Origin: Octopus sinensis
Lineage: Eukaryota
Length of the DNA: 64,000 nucleotides
Direction: 5' to 3'
Assembly (NCBI RefSeq): GCF_006345805.1
Contig: NC_043006.1
Location: forward strand, 51,956,001-52,020,000
The notes below the pieces were generated by a model. That model did not search any database. It saw only the letters and a list, made by a program, of their open reading frames with translations, and was not told where the DNA came from. Position 1 is the stretch's first letter. The number at the start of each line of letters is the position of its first letter. Both the position numbers and the translations under genes were made by a program. Shown here in pieces: positions 13,757 through 26,740 of the stretch.

Positions 13757-15740
13757 GGGGTGTATGTGTGTCATGAATGACCATGGGATTGCACCTAGAA
13801 AGTTCTCCTCTGAGGCACAAGTGTGGGTAAGGGTGTTTATGGAAGACCAGTAGTCACCCATGCATACCAGCTTCTCCTCTCCATACCACCGGTACTATCC
13901 AAGGGAAATGGAAAGGCCGATACAACTTGGCACCAGTGAGGTCGAACGCATTTCTACAACTGAATGAACTGGAGCAACGTGAAATAAAATGTTTTGGTCA
14001 AGAACACATCATCATCATCATTGTTCGACCGTGGTCGAGACTTTCATAGTCTTTTCAAATGGCTAATAATGTGTGCGCGCGCCACTACTACACACATTGG
14101 AAAGCATTGTACAACCAAGTACTAAAGAAGATTTTTCCTCCTCCATGAAACAAAGCTGTTCCCGCTGGACGTCAACCCAGTATTTCTAAGCTACGGACCC
14201 AGTGATTTATTGTAAGGTTATCTCCCTAGATAGATTGCCTTCACTACGGCTAAGGAGCCCTTTATACCCCACAACACACTGCCTGATCCGGGAATCGAAA
14301 TCACTACCTCATGATTGTGCACTGCAAGACGCCACATACATTTTATAGAGTACATTAAATGAAAACAGCATACTATGCCCTGCACATACATCTTTTTAGA
14401 GTACTTTAAATTAAACAGCACTAATAGCTTAGTGGTTAGAGCGTAGGGCCTGCAATCATGAGGTAATGAGTTCGATTCCCGGGCCGGGCGGTGCGTTGTG
14501 TTTTTGAGCAAAACTCTTCTTTTCACGTTTCTCTGCGATCACTTCGACATATGACGCGTGGCACATTGTGTACCTGTAGAGGCAATATGGATTTGATGGA
14601 GGGAATGAACTAATTTGCAGAGTTCGATTGCGTGGCACCTTGGGCAAGTGTCTTCTACTATAGCTTCGGGCCGACCAAAGCCTTGTGAGTGGATTTGGTA
14701 GACGGAAACTGAAAGAAGCCCGTCGTATATATATATATAATATATATATATATAATATATATATATATATGGGGGGTGTATGTGTGTCATGAATGACCAT
14801 GGGATTGCACCTAGAAAGTTCTCCTCTGAGGCACAAGTGTGGGTAAGGGTGTTTATGGAAGACCAGTAGTCACCCATGCATACCAGCTTCTCCTCTCCAT
14901 ACCACCGGTACTATCCAAGGGAATGGAAAGGCCGATACAACTTGGCACCAGTGAGGTCGAACGCATTTCTACAACTGAATGAACTGGAGCAACGTGAAAT
15001 AAAATGTTTTGGTCAAGAACACATCATCATCATCATTGTTCGACCGTGGTCGAGACTTTCATAGTCTTTTCAAATGGCTAATAATGTGTGCGCGCGCCAC
15101 TACTACACACATTGGAAAGCATTGTACAACCAAGTACTAAGAAGATTTTTCCTCCTCCATGAAACAAAGCTGTTCCCGCTGGACGTCAACCCAGTATTTC
15201 TAAGCTACGGACCCAGTGATTTATGTAAGGTTATCTCCCTAGATAGATTGCCTTCACTACGGCTAAGGAGCCCTTTATACCCCACAACACACTGCCTGAT
15301 CCGGGAATCGAAATCACTACCTCATGATTGTGCACTGCAAGACGCCACATACATTTTATAGAGTACATTAAATGAAAACAGCATACTATGCCCTGCACAT
15401 ACATCTTTTTAGAGTACTTTAAATTAAACAGCACTAATAGCTTAGTGGTTAGAGCGTAGGGCCTGCAATCATGAGGTAATGAGTTCGATTCCCGGGCCGG
15501 GCGGTGCGTTGTGTTTTTGAGCAAAACTCTTCTTTTCACGTTTCTCTGCGATCACTTCGACATATGACGCGTGGCACATTGTGTACCTGTAGAGGCAATA
15601 TGGATTTGATGGAGGGAATGAACTAATTTGCAGAGTTCGATTGCGTGGCACCTTGGGCAAGTGTCTTCTACTATAGCTTCGGGCCGACCAAAGCCTTGTG
15701 AGTGGATTTGGTAGACGGAAACTGAAAGAAGCCCGTCGTA
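13755..15740. repeat. Tandem duplication, period about 1013-1016 bp, two units
   Basis: Identical 102-aa ORFs at 14218-14526 and 15231-15539; both units start GGGGGGTGTATGTGTGTCATGAATGACC after a (TA)n tract. Confidence 0.92.
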
Positions 15741-15972
15741 TATATATATATATATATATATATACATGTGTGTGTGTGTTTGTGTCAGTGTTTGTCCTCC
15801 AACATCGCTTGACAACCGATGCTGGTGTGTTTACGTCCCCGTAACTTAGCAGTTCGACAAAAAGAGACCGACAGAAAAAGTACTAGGCTTCCAAAGAATA
15901 AGTCATGGGGTCGATTTGCTCGGCTAAAGTCGGTGCTCCAGTATAGCCGCAGTCAAATGACTGAACCAAGTA
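15641..15972 (+). mobile_element. SINE family D (5' truncated)
   Basis: GCGTGGCACCTTGGGCAAGTGTC...GAAGCCCGTCG(TA)n...CAAATGACTGAAC. Confidence 0.8.
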
Positions 15973-16149
15973 AGGCGCATAAACATTTGATCACTATAAA
16001 CAATCTGTGCAGGTTGGTCAGCAAGAAATTGCTGGACTCCCGTACGACAGGAGAGTCCACGAGAATCTAGTAGCGCAGTTTTAGTGAAAGACACCGATAC
16101 TCTATAAAATGCTGTGTAATGTAGTTATATTCAAAGTGACCGGTACTTC

Positions 16150-16432
16150 GTCGCCATTTACGACGAAGAGTATTCCAGTTGATTCAATCAATGGAACAGT
16201 CTGCTCGTGAGATTAACGTGCAAGTGGTTGAGCATTCCTCAGACACGCGTTGTTCTAAGGGAGATTCACAATGACACAAGGTTGGCCCTTTGAAATAGAG
16301 ACACTACTCAATTTTACCAGCTGAGTGGACTGGACCAACGTGAAATAATGTGCCTTGCTGAAGGACACGTGTCGCCGGGAATTGAACTCCCGACCTTACT
16401 ATCGTGAACCGAATACGCTAACCACTAGGCCA
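16150..16432 (-). mobile_element. SINE related to family A (shared head and core, different 3' part)
   Basis: Homologous to 19400-19689; shares CAGCTGAGTGGACTGGA..AACGTGAAATAA with family A. Confidence 0.7.
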
Positions 16433-16454
16433 GGAACGTATCTTCCTTTTTACC

Positions 16455-16886
16455 TTTCAGCTTTTACCTGTTTCATTCATTAAACTGCGGCCATGCTGGG
16501 GCACCGCCTTGAAGAATTTTTAGTCGAATGTATCGACCCCAGTATTTATTTTTTATAGGTCTAGTAATTATTCTATCGGTCACTTTTGCCGAACCGCTAA
16601 TTTACGGAGACCTAAACACACCAGCACCGGTTGACCAGCGGTGGTGGGGGAACGAACACAGACACAAAGACACACACACACACACACACACACACTACAC
16701 GCGCGCGCGCACACACACATATGTACATATGTACGACGGGCTTCTTTCAGTTTCCGTCTACCAAATTCACTCACAAGGCTTTGGTCGGCCCAAGGCTTTA
16801 GTAGAAGACGCTTGCCCAAGGTGCTACACAGTGGGACTGAACCCAGAACCATGTGGTTAAGAAACAAGCTTCTTACCACACAGCCT
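16455..16886 (-). mobile_element. SINE family D
   Basis: Same bipartite sequence as 9529-10066. Confidence 0.82.
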
Positions 16887-17957
16887 ATGGTATATTCAAA
16901 GTATTCTATGAAATATGTGTATTGTCTAACAGTGCTGGATTATTGAAGGTACTCTATGAAATATAAGTATTCTGTCTAGCAGTGGTGTTTCTTTTTTTCT
17001 GAAATTACTCTGTAAATTATGTGCTTCAAACCATTATTATTTACATAGAAAACAAATATTAGTATAAAAGAAACATTATTTACGTTTATAAAATATACAT
17101 CAGGAAAAAACATATAAACAAAACAGTTTGACCGGTACCCGAATATTTTGATGATGAATGAACAATAAGGGTGTTTTGATCAGTTGTTGTTGGTGTTACC
17201 TTTGTTGTTGCAGCCTCTTGTTGTTGTTATTGTGGTTTTGTTGGTGGAGGTGGTGGTACTTGGTGGTAAGGTGATGGTAGATTTATTACAGTTTGTCCCG
17301 TGTCCGATTGCTGACAACAACAGTGTGAGTGAAAAACCTGACTGACAATAATAGGCGATTCGTGCCTCCAAGTATATGATAGAGCGCCGACGTGTATACT
17401 TGGTGTGTCTCTATGTGTCTATGTGTCTATGCGGTGTGTGTGTGTGTGTGTGCGTGTATGTGTGTGTTTGTGTGTGTAGTACAGCTGCAGACACACCTTT
17501 ACCTGAACTGGCTTATTAAGCCAATTAACTGACTGACTTATAACACATGACTGACACGCTGCTGGTGATGGCGGCGGCGGCGGTGGTGGTGGTGGTGGTG
17601 GTGGTGGGAAGATGCTTGCTGCAGTGAAGTTAGGAAATGCAGCGGTGATGGCGGCGGAGGCGGTGGAGTTGATGATGGTATATTATTCTTCTCGTTGTTC
17701 TCGGTGGTGGTGGTGATGATGGTGGTGGTGGTGGTGGTGGTGGCGGTGGTGGTGGTAACGGCATTAAAATGATAGTTTAGTGAAATAGTATCGATGGTGA
17801 GAGTGTTAGGTCTGTGACCAGGTTATAGCGGTAGCAGTTGTGTTAGTAGTGGGGAAAGGCATATACACAAATACATGCTTACATACATGCATGCATACAT
17901 GCATGTATATATGTATATATATATACATACATATATACATATATATGCACACACATA

Positions 17958-17989
<32 letters not shown>

Positions 17990-18071
17990 CATGCATATAT
18001 GCATATATATACACATGCATACACACTCATATATACATGTATGTATATAATACATACATAATATATGTATG

Positions 18072-18160
<89 letters not shown>

Positions 18161-18245
18161 GAATGTATGTGTATATATATGAGCGTATGTGTGTGCGTAT
18201 ATATATATATATATGTATGTATATGTATATATATATATATGTTTG

Positions 18246-18279
<34 letters not shown>

Positions 18280-18292
18280 TATATATATATGA

Positions 18293-18339
<47 letters not shown>

Positions 18340-18440
18340 AGTGTATTTGTATGTATGAGTGTGAAAATGTATGTATGAGTATTTGCTTGTATGTAATCTT
18401 TGTTTACGTTTCCTTCTATGTAAATGTATTCTTGTATATA

Positions 18441-18663
18441 CTCTTTACTCTCTCTTTTACTTGTTTCAGTCATGTGACTGTGGCCATGCTGGAGCACCGT
18501 CTTTAGTCGAGCAAATCGACCCCAGGAATTATTCTTTGGAAGCATAGTACTTATTCTATCGGACTATTTTGCCGAACCGCTAAGTTACGGGGTCGTAAAC
18601 ACACCAGCATCGGTTGTCAAGCGATTTGGGGTGGTACAAGCACAGACACACAAACATATACAC

Positions 18664-18749
<86 letters not shown>

Positions 18750-18910
18750 ATATGTATACATATATACGACGGGCTTCTTCCACCCACAAGGCTTTGGTCG
18801 GCCCGAGGCCTTAGTAGAAGATGCGTGATCAAGATGCCACGCAGTGAGACTGAACCCGGAACCATGTGGTTGGTAAGCAAGCTACTTACCACAGAGCCAC
18901 TCCTGCGCCT
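18441..18910 (-). mobile_element. SINE family D
   Basis: Full head AGGCGCAGGAGTGGCTCTGTGGTAAG; internal (TA)n of about 110 bp. Confidence 0.85.
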
Positions 18911-19399
18911 ATGTGCATGCATTCATGCTAGCATGCTTTTATGCATGCATTGACGTATCTATACATACAAAAACGCATTCATGTGCACGTCAGTAATGGA
19001 TATCATTGCTTGTGTGGATGTGTGTTCTTTGTCTTATGTATCTGTGCACATGCGTATGATTGCATGTCTTTATACCTGCACATCTGTATATGCACTTCTT
19101 ACTTACTAAACTTCTGAAATGGCTTTTCTTATTTTCATTGTACCTTTAAAGGCTTCTAGCTATAAACTTCTCATCAGCCATCTTCTTTCTGATTCTTTTG
19201 AACCTACCTTATCTAGGTTAAGGCAGTTAGTTACGTAACCAATTGTTCCAACAATTATTAGTAAAATTGTAAAGCTATAAGAATGGGAGAGTAACTGCAG
19301 ATTTCACATTAGTTCGTCATAAATTTTTCCTTTCCCTCTGATCTTTAGTATGCACACAGCAAATGATATTAACTATCGTGGGAAGCTGTTTTTCCCTCC

Positions 19400-19689
19400 A
19401 TTCGATTAACGGAACAGCCAGCTTGTGAGATTAACGTGAAAGTGGCTGAGCACTGCACAGACATGCTGAATCTCCCTCAACGTAGTTCCAAGCGAGATTC
19501 AGTATGACACAGAATGTGACAAAGTTGACCCTTTGAAATAGAGGCACTACTTATTTTTGCCAGCTGAGTTGACTGGGGCAACATGAAATAAAATGTCTTG
19601 CTCAAAGATACAACACACCGCCAGGAATGGAACTCATGGTTTTACGATCATAAACCGAATATCCTAACCACTCGGCCACGCGCCTTCAC
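19400..19689 (-). mobile_element. SINE related to family A
   Basis: Head GTGAAGGCGCGTGGCCGAGTGGTTAGG; homologous to 16150-16432. Confidence 0.75.
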
Positions 19690-19711
19690 AGAGATATTCA
19701 AAGTATTCTGT

Positions 19712-19955
19712 TTTGTAGTAAAGATTGTTTGCCATCATAACATGGTAGTCCTGGGTTAGGACTAATGTTGCTGTAATTTAACCCCAGGAGGCATCATCTC
19801 CAGCTGGCTATACGACTCGATCTGTGTCCTTACATTTTCGAACAGATCGTGCTGTATAACCAGCTGGAGACGATGTCTCCCGGGGCTAAATTACAGCAAC
19901 AGTAGTCCTAAACCAGGGCTGCCATGTTATGTTGGCGAACAATCTTTACTACAAA
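19712..19955. repeat. Imperfect palindrome, MITE-like foldback
   Basis: TTTGTAGTAAAGATTGTTTGCC... pairs with ...GGCGAACAATCTTTACTACAAA; arms about 105 bp. Confidence 0.75.
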
Positions 19956-21720
19956 GTACTGTTGCTAAATATCTCATGTTGTGAGATTTAAAAATAGTAA
20001 TTTTCTAATTCTATGTTTTGTTTGTTATGTTTGCTTTTTGCTGAAATCCTGATAGATCTTTCCCCAGTATTCATCCATACGAATGAATACGTCCTCCACA
20101 TCTCTGTAGCTTCATATATTTGTGCTCCCAGGATTACTTTTTCTACGGATTTTATTGTAGAATGTTCGGGTTATGACATTATATTTTATACGTAGAAAAT
20201 ACTGGGATACAGTTTTGGAACAGCTGCTTGTGATGAGGATGAAATCTTTAGTGTTAAATCTGTGAATATGCATCGGTTATTGCTTTTAGCCGGTTTACTG
20301 CATCCTTATCCCTTTTGAGAAACAATTATTATTTTTTTTTTTTACTTGCTTATGTATTTCAAAATCATGTCTTCCAATGTGAAACATAATATCCTGGTTG
20401 TTACTATCCCTTTGAATTTTTCTAGGATTATAGCCATGCACGACATTCTGTTAATACCAATACAGATTTTCTTATGATAGCTTGTTACTGGAGAGCTGTT
20501 TAACTTCTCTGAGTATATATCTCTGGTCATCAACCAGGTAATATTTTTGAAGCAGTTACTTTTAACTGCCTCCTAATGTCAGCCGCCTCATGTATGCAAA
20601 ATTGATTCATCGCTCCACTTCGACACTTGGTGGTTAGTAGCTGTTACCGAAGAGATATTATTCGACATTCAAATGCTGCTCAAATCGATGTTAAACAGCT
20701 ACCACTTGTTTCCGTTTTAAGCAGAGGCCGTTCACATCACTGTAAATGCATTTAAGAAATTCCCATATTACTGTTGTATAGATTAATAATTCGGGTATTA
20801 ACATATAATAATATTCGGCACGAACCACATCTAACTTTCAATCCAGGAACCCAAATGTTTTTATGCGCTCTGGTACAGAAAAGGAATTGTGAGCTATTGA
20901 TTTTTTTGTATACTGACAGTTCTGATTACTATATATTCTTTAACCAGTTGAGCACTGGAGTCCATTTAATCGACTTTCCCCGCTTCCGAAATAACTGACC
21001 TTGTGCCAAAATTTGAAACCCATATATACTTTATATATACATATATACCTTGTTATAGATTCCACCATATTTTCATCTATGCTGTCTGTACCTCTGGCAT
21101 TCCTCATCCGATGGAGAAATAGTCAGGCCATCGATAGTAATGTTGTTAGAAGGGTTTGTAGCTCTGCCTCTACGTTCTGAGTTCAAATTCTGCCGGGGTC
21201 GATTTTTGCCTTTCATCCTTTCGGCCATTTCGGGGTTGATAAAATATGTACCAGTTAAACAGTGTAGTTGACTTACTCCATTCCCAGAAATTGCTGGCCT
21301 TGTGCCAAAATTTGAGACCGATATTACTATCATTATGATTCTAGAAGAACGGAATCACTCAGACTGTATACAATTTATGCATGAGATTCTAGAAAGCAAT
21401 TGGCCGGTAGTTTTTCGGCATATGGTGTAAGTTTTCTTGCAATCAAAGCCAGCCAGCTAGGTATGTTTAAATCTCCACTGATAAATGCTAATACGATGCC
21501 TCCAACAGGTGAGATTTTTGTACATGTATCCAACTATCAAGTTTCTTCCAGGTGCTTTCCTAAGCTGCAGTTTTGGTCCACCATTCATACTGTTTTATCT
21601 CTGTATTTATTTTTTGCTTAATACAGATAACAATATTCTTTCCACTGCTAGTCATTTATTGATTGTTTTCTCATATCATTGTAAACTGATTAGCTTCGAT
21701 TCAATTCCTCGTTGATTATT

Positions 21721-21915
21721 TTATTTTACGGAGATGTACTTGCATAGCAAGTGACCTGATCTGAGATCGTGTGCTGGAACGAAAACAATTGCAGCCTGGA
21801 AGGTGTTTATAAGCCATTTAAGAAACACACAAAACCGTTAGATTCACTTCAACATTTAAATTTAATTTGTCAAAATATTTTCGTCACTTTGAGACAGCGA
21901 CCTGTTCACTGATAA
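21721..21915 (-). ncRNA. Dispersed repeat copy 1 with G3-C8 hammerhead-like motif (21867-21915)
   Basis: Minus strand: TTATCA|GTGAACA|G|GTCGC tgtctcaaa GTGAC|GAAA|ATATT|T|TGACAA; AATATT palindrome. Second copy at 22326-22545. Confidence 0.65.
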
Positions 21916-22325
21916 TTGATTGGTAGCATAGCTGCAGGAGGAATTTAGTTTTTGAAGACCTTTCTGATCTATATATGTTTTGCAATATATTAACTTTCGG
22001 GAATGAAATCGCAAACAGGATTTTTCTGAATAAAATTGTTGTTAGTTTCATATTCATTCATTCATTCATTCGGTTCTCATTGTGCCTTGTGGCCCTTAAG
22101 GAGACAGCAAGATTATTTCACCTTCTAGCACTGAAAACGTCCTTTACAGCTTGTTCCAATGTTAACCATCTGCTTTTAAGATCTTTTGTTATTGTTCTCC
22201 GCTACGTTTCCACACCCCTCACATACATTTACACGTTCTGATAATTTAAAGTGTAAGTTAGATAACTCTTTTAAATGCATTACAGAGTAGTTTCCCTTAC
22301 AAACTTCACTTTATATTGTATCTAA

Positions 22326-22545
22326 TTATTTTTTACGGAGATGTACGTGCATAGGAAGTGACTTGATCTGAGATCGTATGCGTAAAAAACAAACAAAAAA
22401 AAAGCAATTGCATGAAAGATGTCTGTAAGCCATTCAAGAACACACAAAAACTGTTAGTTTCACTTCAACAATTAAAACTTTTATTTGTGTCAAAATATGT
22501 TCGTTGCTTTGAAACCGCGACCTCTTCACTGACAAAACTTCGTGC
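22326..22545 (-). ncRNA. Dispersed repeat copy 2 with degenerate hammerhead-like motif (22488-22534)
   Basis: Minus strand: TGTCA|GTGAAGA|G|GTCGC ggtttcaaa GCAAC|GAAC|ATATT|T|TGACA. Confidence 0.5.
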
Positions 22546-22621
22546 TACATATTACTTTTTTCTATAAACAAACGCTAAATGTTGTTTTTGATTGAAAAAA
22601 GTCTTAAAAATAAAATCTGTT

Positions 22622-22894
22622 AGTTCCTTCTCGAGCCATGCCTGGCTCATAAGGGCCGGTTTCCTTGGCGTATATGTTCCCCACCTGGACAGGTGAGCTG
22701 CAAGATGCAGGAGGAAAGAGTGAGAAAAAGTTGTGGCGAAAGAGTCAGCAAAAGTTTGCCATTACCTTCTGCTGGAGCCGCGTGGAGCTTAGGTGTTTCG
22801 CTCATAAACACACACATCGCCATGTCTGAGATTCGAACCCGCGATCACTCGACCGCGAGTCCGCTGCTCTAACCACTTGGCCATGTGCCTCCAC
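22622..22894 (-). mobile_element. SINE family B
   Basis: Head GTGGAGGCACATGGCCAAGTGGTTAGAGCAGCGGACTC; homologous to 24237-24537 and 44394-44705. Confidence 0.85.
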
Positions 22895-23236
22895 GAAAAA
22901 ATTTACTCAATAGAAATTCTGTCGAAAGGCTCCAGATGGGTTTTCCTGTAATCCAAGAATCTAGTTTTTCCAGACAGTGTGTCATGCTGAACTTGTTTCC
23001 GCCTTATCATAACTAGTTCTTATACGAACTTATCAATATATTCCACAAAGTAATCTATTAATTTTATAAATGAACAATAAAATATTGATAAATATCAGTA
23101 TTGATACTTTCTTGAGTGTGGCTAAGCGCTCTGAAGCTTTCACATGTTAACAGCAAACAAGCAAACAAACAAGCGAAAATAAATGAATTATTAAATAAAT
23201 AAATAAATAAATAGACAATGTTTGCTGGCCATTAGC

Positions 23237-23383
23237 CAGTGGTGTAGTTAGAATGTATTCTGCCAACGGCACCCCTTGAATTTTCCCGCCTCCCCGCTTA
23301 TTCGACGGCCCTGATAAAAGTGCCCTGATAAAAGTGCCGCCTGGAACGGGCTGCCTTTCTCGCATCCTCTAACTATGCTACTG
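23237..23383. mobile_element. hAT-like MITE
   Basis: Termini CAGTGGTGTAGTTAG / CTAACTATGCTACTG; candidate 8-bp TSD CCATTAGC / CCGTTAAC. Confidence 0.6.
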
Positions 23384-23417
23384 CCGTTAACACACGGCTT
23401 TTTCTTTTACCTGCTTA

Positions 23418-24562
23418 CGAAGGATACCCAAAAGTAACCGGAAACGTTCTCTGCGGGACAAGCCCGTTACGGTTCAGGCTTCCACCGCTAGAAGTCACTT
23501 GATGCTACCCTCAGGCATCAGTCTGTCCACCGTCGTCTTCGAGTGGAGTCCTACTGCCACGTGGTACATCTTTGCTTTGTAGTGCTTCTCCCTTATTCAT
23601 CGATTTTTGCGGGGAAACGGCGGCCGATACAGTTGTCATGTTTCAGACAGCTTACAAGGACGCTGCCATGAGCAAAACAGAATTTACGAGTGGTTTTTTT
23701 ACGCTTTAGGAATGGTCACTTGTCGTTTGAAAGCTAAATTCTTTCAGGCGGCCGTCAACCTCCCGAACGAATGAAAACTTCATGAAAATTCACGAACTGA
23801 GGACCGTCGCCGAACAATTGATGAACTTGATACGACTAGTGTGTTCTGGAGCTCCTGCCAACTAATTTTGAGCGAGGAATTGCGAATGAAAAGAGTTGCA
23901 GCAAAATTAGTACCTCACTTGCTCACGGAAGATCAAAAGCAGTCACGAGTGAATGAGTGTCATGAACTGAAAGAGCAGTTGGAAATTGATCCGGGCCTTT
24001 CTCTAGAAGGTCATCACTGGTGACGAAAGCTGGTGCTACGGAATTTGAAGATGTAGAAGAAGTGAAGAAAGAACCACGAGTCGTTAAAAGACATCACTTT
24101 GCAAGAGTTCCACCACTGGAAAACGCGTCTGGACCGATGCATGGCTTCAAATGGAGAATACTTTGAAGGCGATAAAAATGTAAAATTGTAAAACTTAGTG
24201 GATAAAATAATATTGCATAATTCCGGTTTCTTTTAGGTTTGTTCCATCTCGAGCCATGCTTGGCTCTTAAAGACCGATTTCCCGGTTTCCTTGGCGTATA
24301 GGTTCCCCACCTGGACGGGACGCCGGTCCGTCGCAGGTGAGCTGCAAGATGCAGGAGGAAAGAGTAAGAGAAATTTGTGGCGAAAGAGTCAGCAGAAATT
24401 CGCCATTATCTTCTGCCGGAACTCGTGGAGCTTAGCTGTTTCGCTCATAAACACACACATCGCCCGGTCTGAGATTCGAATCCGCGATCCCTCGACCGCG
24501 AGTCCGCTGCTCTAACCACTAGGCCATGTGCCTCCACTTCTTTTAGACCCCCCCCCCCGTCG
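23418..24562 (+). mobile_element. Internally deleted mariner-type transposon
   Basis: TA-flanked termini CGAAGGATACCCAAAAGTAACCGGAA / TTCCGGTTTCTTTTAG...CCCCGTCG; peptides EDRRRTIDEL, MKRVAAKLVPHLLTEDQK, VITGDESWCYG, WKTRLDRCMASNGEYFEG. Confidence 0.85.
24237..24537 (-). mobile_element. SINE family B inserted in the right TIR of the mariner
   Basis: 9-bp TSD TTCTTTTAG at 24228-24236 and 24538-24546. Confidence 0.85.
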
Positions 24563-24639
24563 TATATATTTTTGTTGGTTAAATGAATTTATTTTTCTCT
24601 TTGAATCATTCATTAACTTATCTAGTAATTCCATGAATA

Positions 24640-25080
24640 TTGGTTTCAAATTTTGGCACATGGCCAGCAATTTTAGGGGAGGGTAAGTTAATTACATCGA
24701 CCTCAATACTCCACTGGTATTTATTTTATGGACCCTGAAAGAATGAAAGGAAAAGTCGACCTAAGCAGAATTTGAACTCAGAGCGTAAAGATGGACAATA
24801 TGCCGCGAAACATTTTGCCTGGCGTAGAAACGATTTTACCAGCTTTCCACCTTAGTACTTCTATGAATATTGATTTCAAAGTTTGGCACAAGACCAGCAT
24901 TTTTAAGGAGGAGTAAATCGATTATATCGACCCCAGTGTTTAACTGATAATTATTTTATCGAGTCTGAAAAGATGAAAGGCAAAGCTGATCTTAGCGGAA
25001 TTTGAACTCAGACCGTAAAGACGGACGAAATACCGCGAAATATTTTGCTCTGTGTGCTAACGATTCTGCCAGTTCGCCCT
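24640..25080 (-). mobile_element. Two tandem diverged family C SINE copies
   Basis: Two copies of the GAAAGATGAAAGG(C)AAAG..GACC..AGCGGAATTTGAACTCAGA block (about 24640-24851 and 24870-25080). Confidence 0.7.
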
Positions 25081-25082
25081 CG

Positions 25083-25253
25083 GTGGAAGCTTGCTTCCCA
25101 ACCACATGGTTCCGGGTTCAGTCCCACTGCGTGACACCTCGGGCAAGTGTCTTCTATTATAACCTCGGGCCGACCAAATCCCTGTGAGTGAATTTGGTAG
25201 ACGGAAACAGAAAAGAAGCACGTCGTATATATATACATACATACATACATACA

Positions 25254-25303
<50 letters not shown>

Positions 25304-25520
25304 AATATATTTGTGTGTGTGTTTTTCCCTCACCATCGCTTGGCAACCGATGCTAGTGTATCTACATCCCCGTAACTTAGCGGTTCGGCAAAAGAAACCG
25401 ATAGAATGAGTTATAGGTTTACAAAGAATAAGACCTGGGGTCGATTTGTTCGACTAAAGGCGTTGCTCCAGCATGGCTGCAATCAAATGACTGAAACAGG
25501 TCAAAAAGAAAAAAGGAAAG
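25083..25520 (+). mobile_element. SINE family D
   Basis: GCTTGCTTCCCAACCACATGGTTCCGGGTTCAGTCCCACTGCG...internal (TACA)n/(TA)n...AAATGACTGAAACAGG. Confidence 0.85.
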
Positions 25521-26058
25521 AAAAAGTACATTTAATGGCATGATGATGCAACCAAAGGAGGTCCACTGCAGGGACTTAATCAAAAAATCCGGCTTGGCCG
25601 TATTTTAAACTCTGATTTATACAAAAATTCGTAAAATAGTGGAAAATTCGAGAATTTATTGGGGAGGGGGAGGTTTAAAAAAATGTTTATATAATCGTAT
25701 GAATTGCCGTGTGTAGAACACACATTCGTAAAAATTTTCTGAAAATTCTTAAAGATAAAAATTGTTATGAGATGTTATATGGCCTGCTGCAATCAGAATT
25801 CCACCATAATTATTTCTTGGGTGCGATTTGTTCCACTGAACCCTTCAAGGTAGTGCTATGACTGGAACAAGTAAAAGACAAAGAAAAAAAAAAAGAAAAA
25901 AAAAAAGAGAAACAAACGAAGTTCTATAACGTAATAACTTTATTGAATTATTGACAACTGTTCAATGCATACATCTTCATTTCTAGATTTGACTTCTTGG
26001 CATTGATAATAGAAAACAAACAAGAGAGCCAAGCAATTCAATTAAATATATACACTCC

Positions 26059-26411
26059 TATTGTTGTATTTTAGGGCGGTCATTTTCTTTTTGCCAGATA
26101 AACACACCCACTATATATTTGTTTTTCACTCGTTTATTACTGTTCTTAATTTTTTTTCTATTTTAATTCCTGTCCATTTATCCGGAAATCTTTCGTCACA
26201 CATCTGTGACCTCTTCTGCGAAACACTTTTCGTTTTCGTGATCGCTGAAAAGGACACAAATGTGGGACGAAAGATTTCTGGATAATGGACATGAGTTAGA
26301 ATATAATACAAAAAATAAGAACAGTAATAAACGAGTGAAGAATAGAAATATATAGTGCATGTGTTTATTTGGCAAAAAAAAAAAAAATGACCGTCCCGAA
26401 ATACAACAATA
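26059..26411. repeat. Imperfect foldback (arms about 135 bp) just downstream of the gene stop codon
   Basis: TATTGTTGTATTTTAGGGCGGTCATTTT...GAAATCTTTCGTC pairs with GACGAAAGATTTC...AAAATGACCGTCCCGAAATACAACAATA. Confidence 0.8.
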
Positions 26412-26542
26412 TCTGTTTCAACACACATTCTCACATCAGAAATCTTGCAACACAAATTGATAAACGTATATACACTCCCTCTGCTTTGAAAGGCTTCCGT
26501 TTCTCAAAATAACTTTTATCTGTCATATTCGACAAAATTCAG

Positions 26543-26676
26543 TTACTTTTCCAAATTTTCAAACCTCATTCCTTTAAAAGCTGCTTCTTTTTTCCTCTTC
26601 ACAATAAATTTGCCAACCACGTAACCAATTAAACTTCCAACTAGCAACATACCAATACCAATTCCAGCCATGGAAC
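26543..26676 (-). CDS. Ependymin/LolA-like repeat membrane protein, last coding exon (TM helix and tail): (G)SMAGIGIGMLLVGSLIGYVVGKFIVKRKKEAAFKGMRFENLEK*
   Basis: Acceptor TTTTCTTTTCACAG; phase 1 matches the previous exon; hydrophobic 21-mer followed by KRKK; TAA at 26543-26545. Confidence 0.9.
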
Positions 26677-26708
26677 CTGTGAAAAGAAAATTTTAATGCC
26701 TGTATACA

Positions 26709-26740
<32 letters not shown>

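Noticed and set aside
21390-21515. Possible plus-strand exon ending CAG|GTGAGA
   Set aside because: Isolated, with no partner exons or recognisable peptide.
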